Source: Gammaproteobacteria bacterium UBA6940 (GTDB lineage Bacteria > Pseudomonadota > Gammaproteobacteria > Pseudomonadales > UBA6940). From it: DNA of 64,000 bases. Below the pieces are notes generated by a model. The model saw nothing but the letters and a program-made list of their open reading frames with translations, was not told the origin of the DNA and did no database searches. The stretch is taken from contig DJZY01000076.1 of NCBI GenBank assembly GCA_002450655.1, forward strand, positions 49,594-113,593. The letters are read 5' to 3'. Shown piece by piece: positions 62,899-64,000 of the stretch. Both the position numbers and the translations under genes were made by a program. How positions within the stretch are numbered: the first letter of the stretch is position 1; each line of letters opens with the position of its first letter.

Positions 62899-64000
62899 TT
62901 GCATCAGTTTTCAAAAGCCGATTTGAAATGGAATACGCTTGGCGTCAAAATTATTGTATTAGCATTAATGACAACATTGCTTGCCAGTCTAGTTGTTTCA
63001 GGTATTCAACTTTACCTTAATTGGAACCGAGTTCAAGATGATAAAGTCAATGTGCTTTCTTCTGTCGAGTCTCTCTATCTACCTCTGATATCCAAAGCTT
63101 ACTGGCATTATGATCTTGAGCAGGTTGAATCCTTAATGAGGCTGGTTAACGCCCTGCCTTATGTTGGTCAAGTGCACTTATTAGGGCAGTATGAAGAAAA
63201 TTATACTGCAGGATCTGAGGTGCCTGAGCGATATCAAGAAGAGTACAAGTTTGATGTTAATGGTAATGCGCTTCACTTTTCAAGTTTAAATATAAGACCT
63301 GCAACGGAGTCTGAGACGACTACGGCCAATCTTGCTAATTATATTGGGCAGCTTCAAATTATTCTTGATAAAAGAAAAATGCATGAAACTCTATTTTCAG
63401 AAATGCTTAAAGCAATACCTATTTTATTATTACTACTGTTCGTTTTTTCTCTGACGTGCTTATTTGGAATTGTCTTGGTGGTATCAAGGCCTATCCAATA
63501 TTTAACAGCTATTGTTGAGGAACCTCAAAAATTTCAATTAAATGATCTAATACGAAATCCGCTTGCTAAAAAGTGGTCGGACTCAATTGAAATTGAAAGT
63601 CTCTTTAAGGCCATCAATAAAATGAGATTTTCAATTCATAAGCAGATAACCCAAAAATCACTTTTACAGAAGCAGCTAGGACGATATGTCAAACTTTTAC
63701 ACTTAAGTAATAGTCAGTTAAAGGCTGTCTTTGACTCAATTGGTGATGCTGTTGTTGTAACAGATCATCAATTTATTGTTGAGTACGCCAATCAAAATGC
63801 CATGAACGTGCCTTTGTCGAGTGGTTCATTTAAAAAAGGGGAGTCCTTTTTTCAATTGCTTTATGCTAATACCCATCAAGAAGCCTTAGAAGGTCGATGG
63901 GATAAAAAGCTATTGAATGAAAGTACTGATGTCATTCGTGTTGATCTGACTTTATTTATCGGTCAAGGTGTAGGTGGAGAAACTATCCCTGAGTATTACA
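62899..64000 (+). CDS. membrane sensor protein, N-terminal part (2 TM, periplasmic loop, linker, PAS); continues beyond the window
   Basis: The frame is open from the stop at 62890-62892 to the window end. Candidate starts are TTG 62899 and TTG 62923. TM1 is IIVLALMTTLLASLVV, TM2 is ILLLLLFVFSLTCLFGIVLVV, and LKAVFDSIGDAVVVTD is PAS-like. Absent from the ORF track because it has no stop. Confidence 0.65.
   Translation, partial: MHQFSKADLKWNTLGVKIIVLALMTTLLASLVVSGIQLYLNWNRVQDDKVNVLSSVESLYLPLISKAYWHYDLEQVESLMRLVNALPYVGQVHLLGQYEENYTAGSEVPERYQEEYKFDVNGNALHFSSLNIRPATESETTTANLANYIGQLQIILDKRKMHETLFSEMLKAIPILLLLLFVFSLTCLFGIVLVVSRPIQYLTAIVEEPQKFQLNDLIRNPLAKKWSDSIEIESLFKAINKMRFSIHKQITQKSLLQKQLGRYVKLLHLSNSQLKAVFDSIGDAVVVTDHQFIVEYANQNAMNVPLSSGSFKKGESFFQLLYANTHQEALEGRWDKKLLNESTDVIRVDLTLFIGQGVGGETIPEYY

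Noticed and set aside
1-64000. Searched by eye for CRISPR repeats, tRNA/rRNA genes, IS elements, integrases, phage genes and known defence-system genes
   Set aside because: I found no regularly spaced direct repeats, no cloverleaf-like conserved T-arm or anticodon segments in the spacers I read, and no transposase, integrase or phage-type ORF translations. tRNAscan or Infernal would be needed to exclude small RNAs formally.

Overview
This is a 64-kb stretch of an AT-rich gammaproteobacterial chromosome, called from protein motifs and gene order only because no searches could be run. I recognised no rRNA, tRNA, CRISPR array, transposase, integrase or prophage gene. The backbone is housekeeping with classical gammaproteobacterial synteny: nadB divergent from rpoE-rseA; lepA-lepB-(DUF4845)-rnc-era-recO; lptM-dapF-DUF484(yigA); recQ; miaE-queE-queC; rsuA-dbpA; cysM; rubredoxin plus rubredoxin reductase; and anmK. 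Four kinds of accessory content are interspersed. (1) The top candidate is a tightly coupled three-gene operon at 26169-34024. It encodes a YqiJ/NfeD-like membrane protein, a 634-aa flotillin (SPFH) and a 1747-aa protein with a single AAA+ P-loop module near its C-terminus. A roughly 160-bp compound palindrome precedes it and a terminator closes it. (2) A five-gene envelope-to-c-di-GMP signalling operon lies at 7980-14185: TonB-dependent receptor, YfiR-like DUF4154 protein, histidine kinase, CheY-like regulator and REC-GGDEF(degenerate)-EAL. (3) Several eukaryote-like or effector-like ORFs sit behind AT-rich spacers. They include an SH2-domain protein, a PP2C phosphatase, a RING-H2-like zinc finger, a pentapeptide-repeat protein and Ser-rich orphans, which suggests a Legionellales-like intracellular lifestyle (inference). 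(4) There is a VesB-like S1A protease with a GlyGly-CTERM tag, and a vgr-related HExxH peptidase gene interrupted by a stop codon exactly at the catalytic Glu codon. Reading the intergenic DNA also revealed a 17-nt motif (CTTTAGGGACGTTGCCT) present in at least five spacers, each copy oriented toward the gene downstream of it. A textbook sigmaE promoter lies upstream of rpoE, and there are several strong hairpins.
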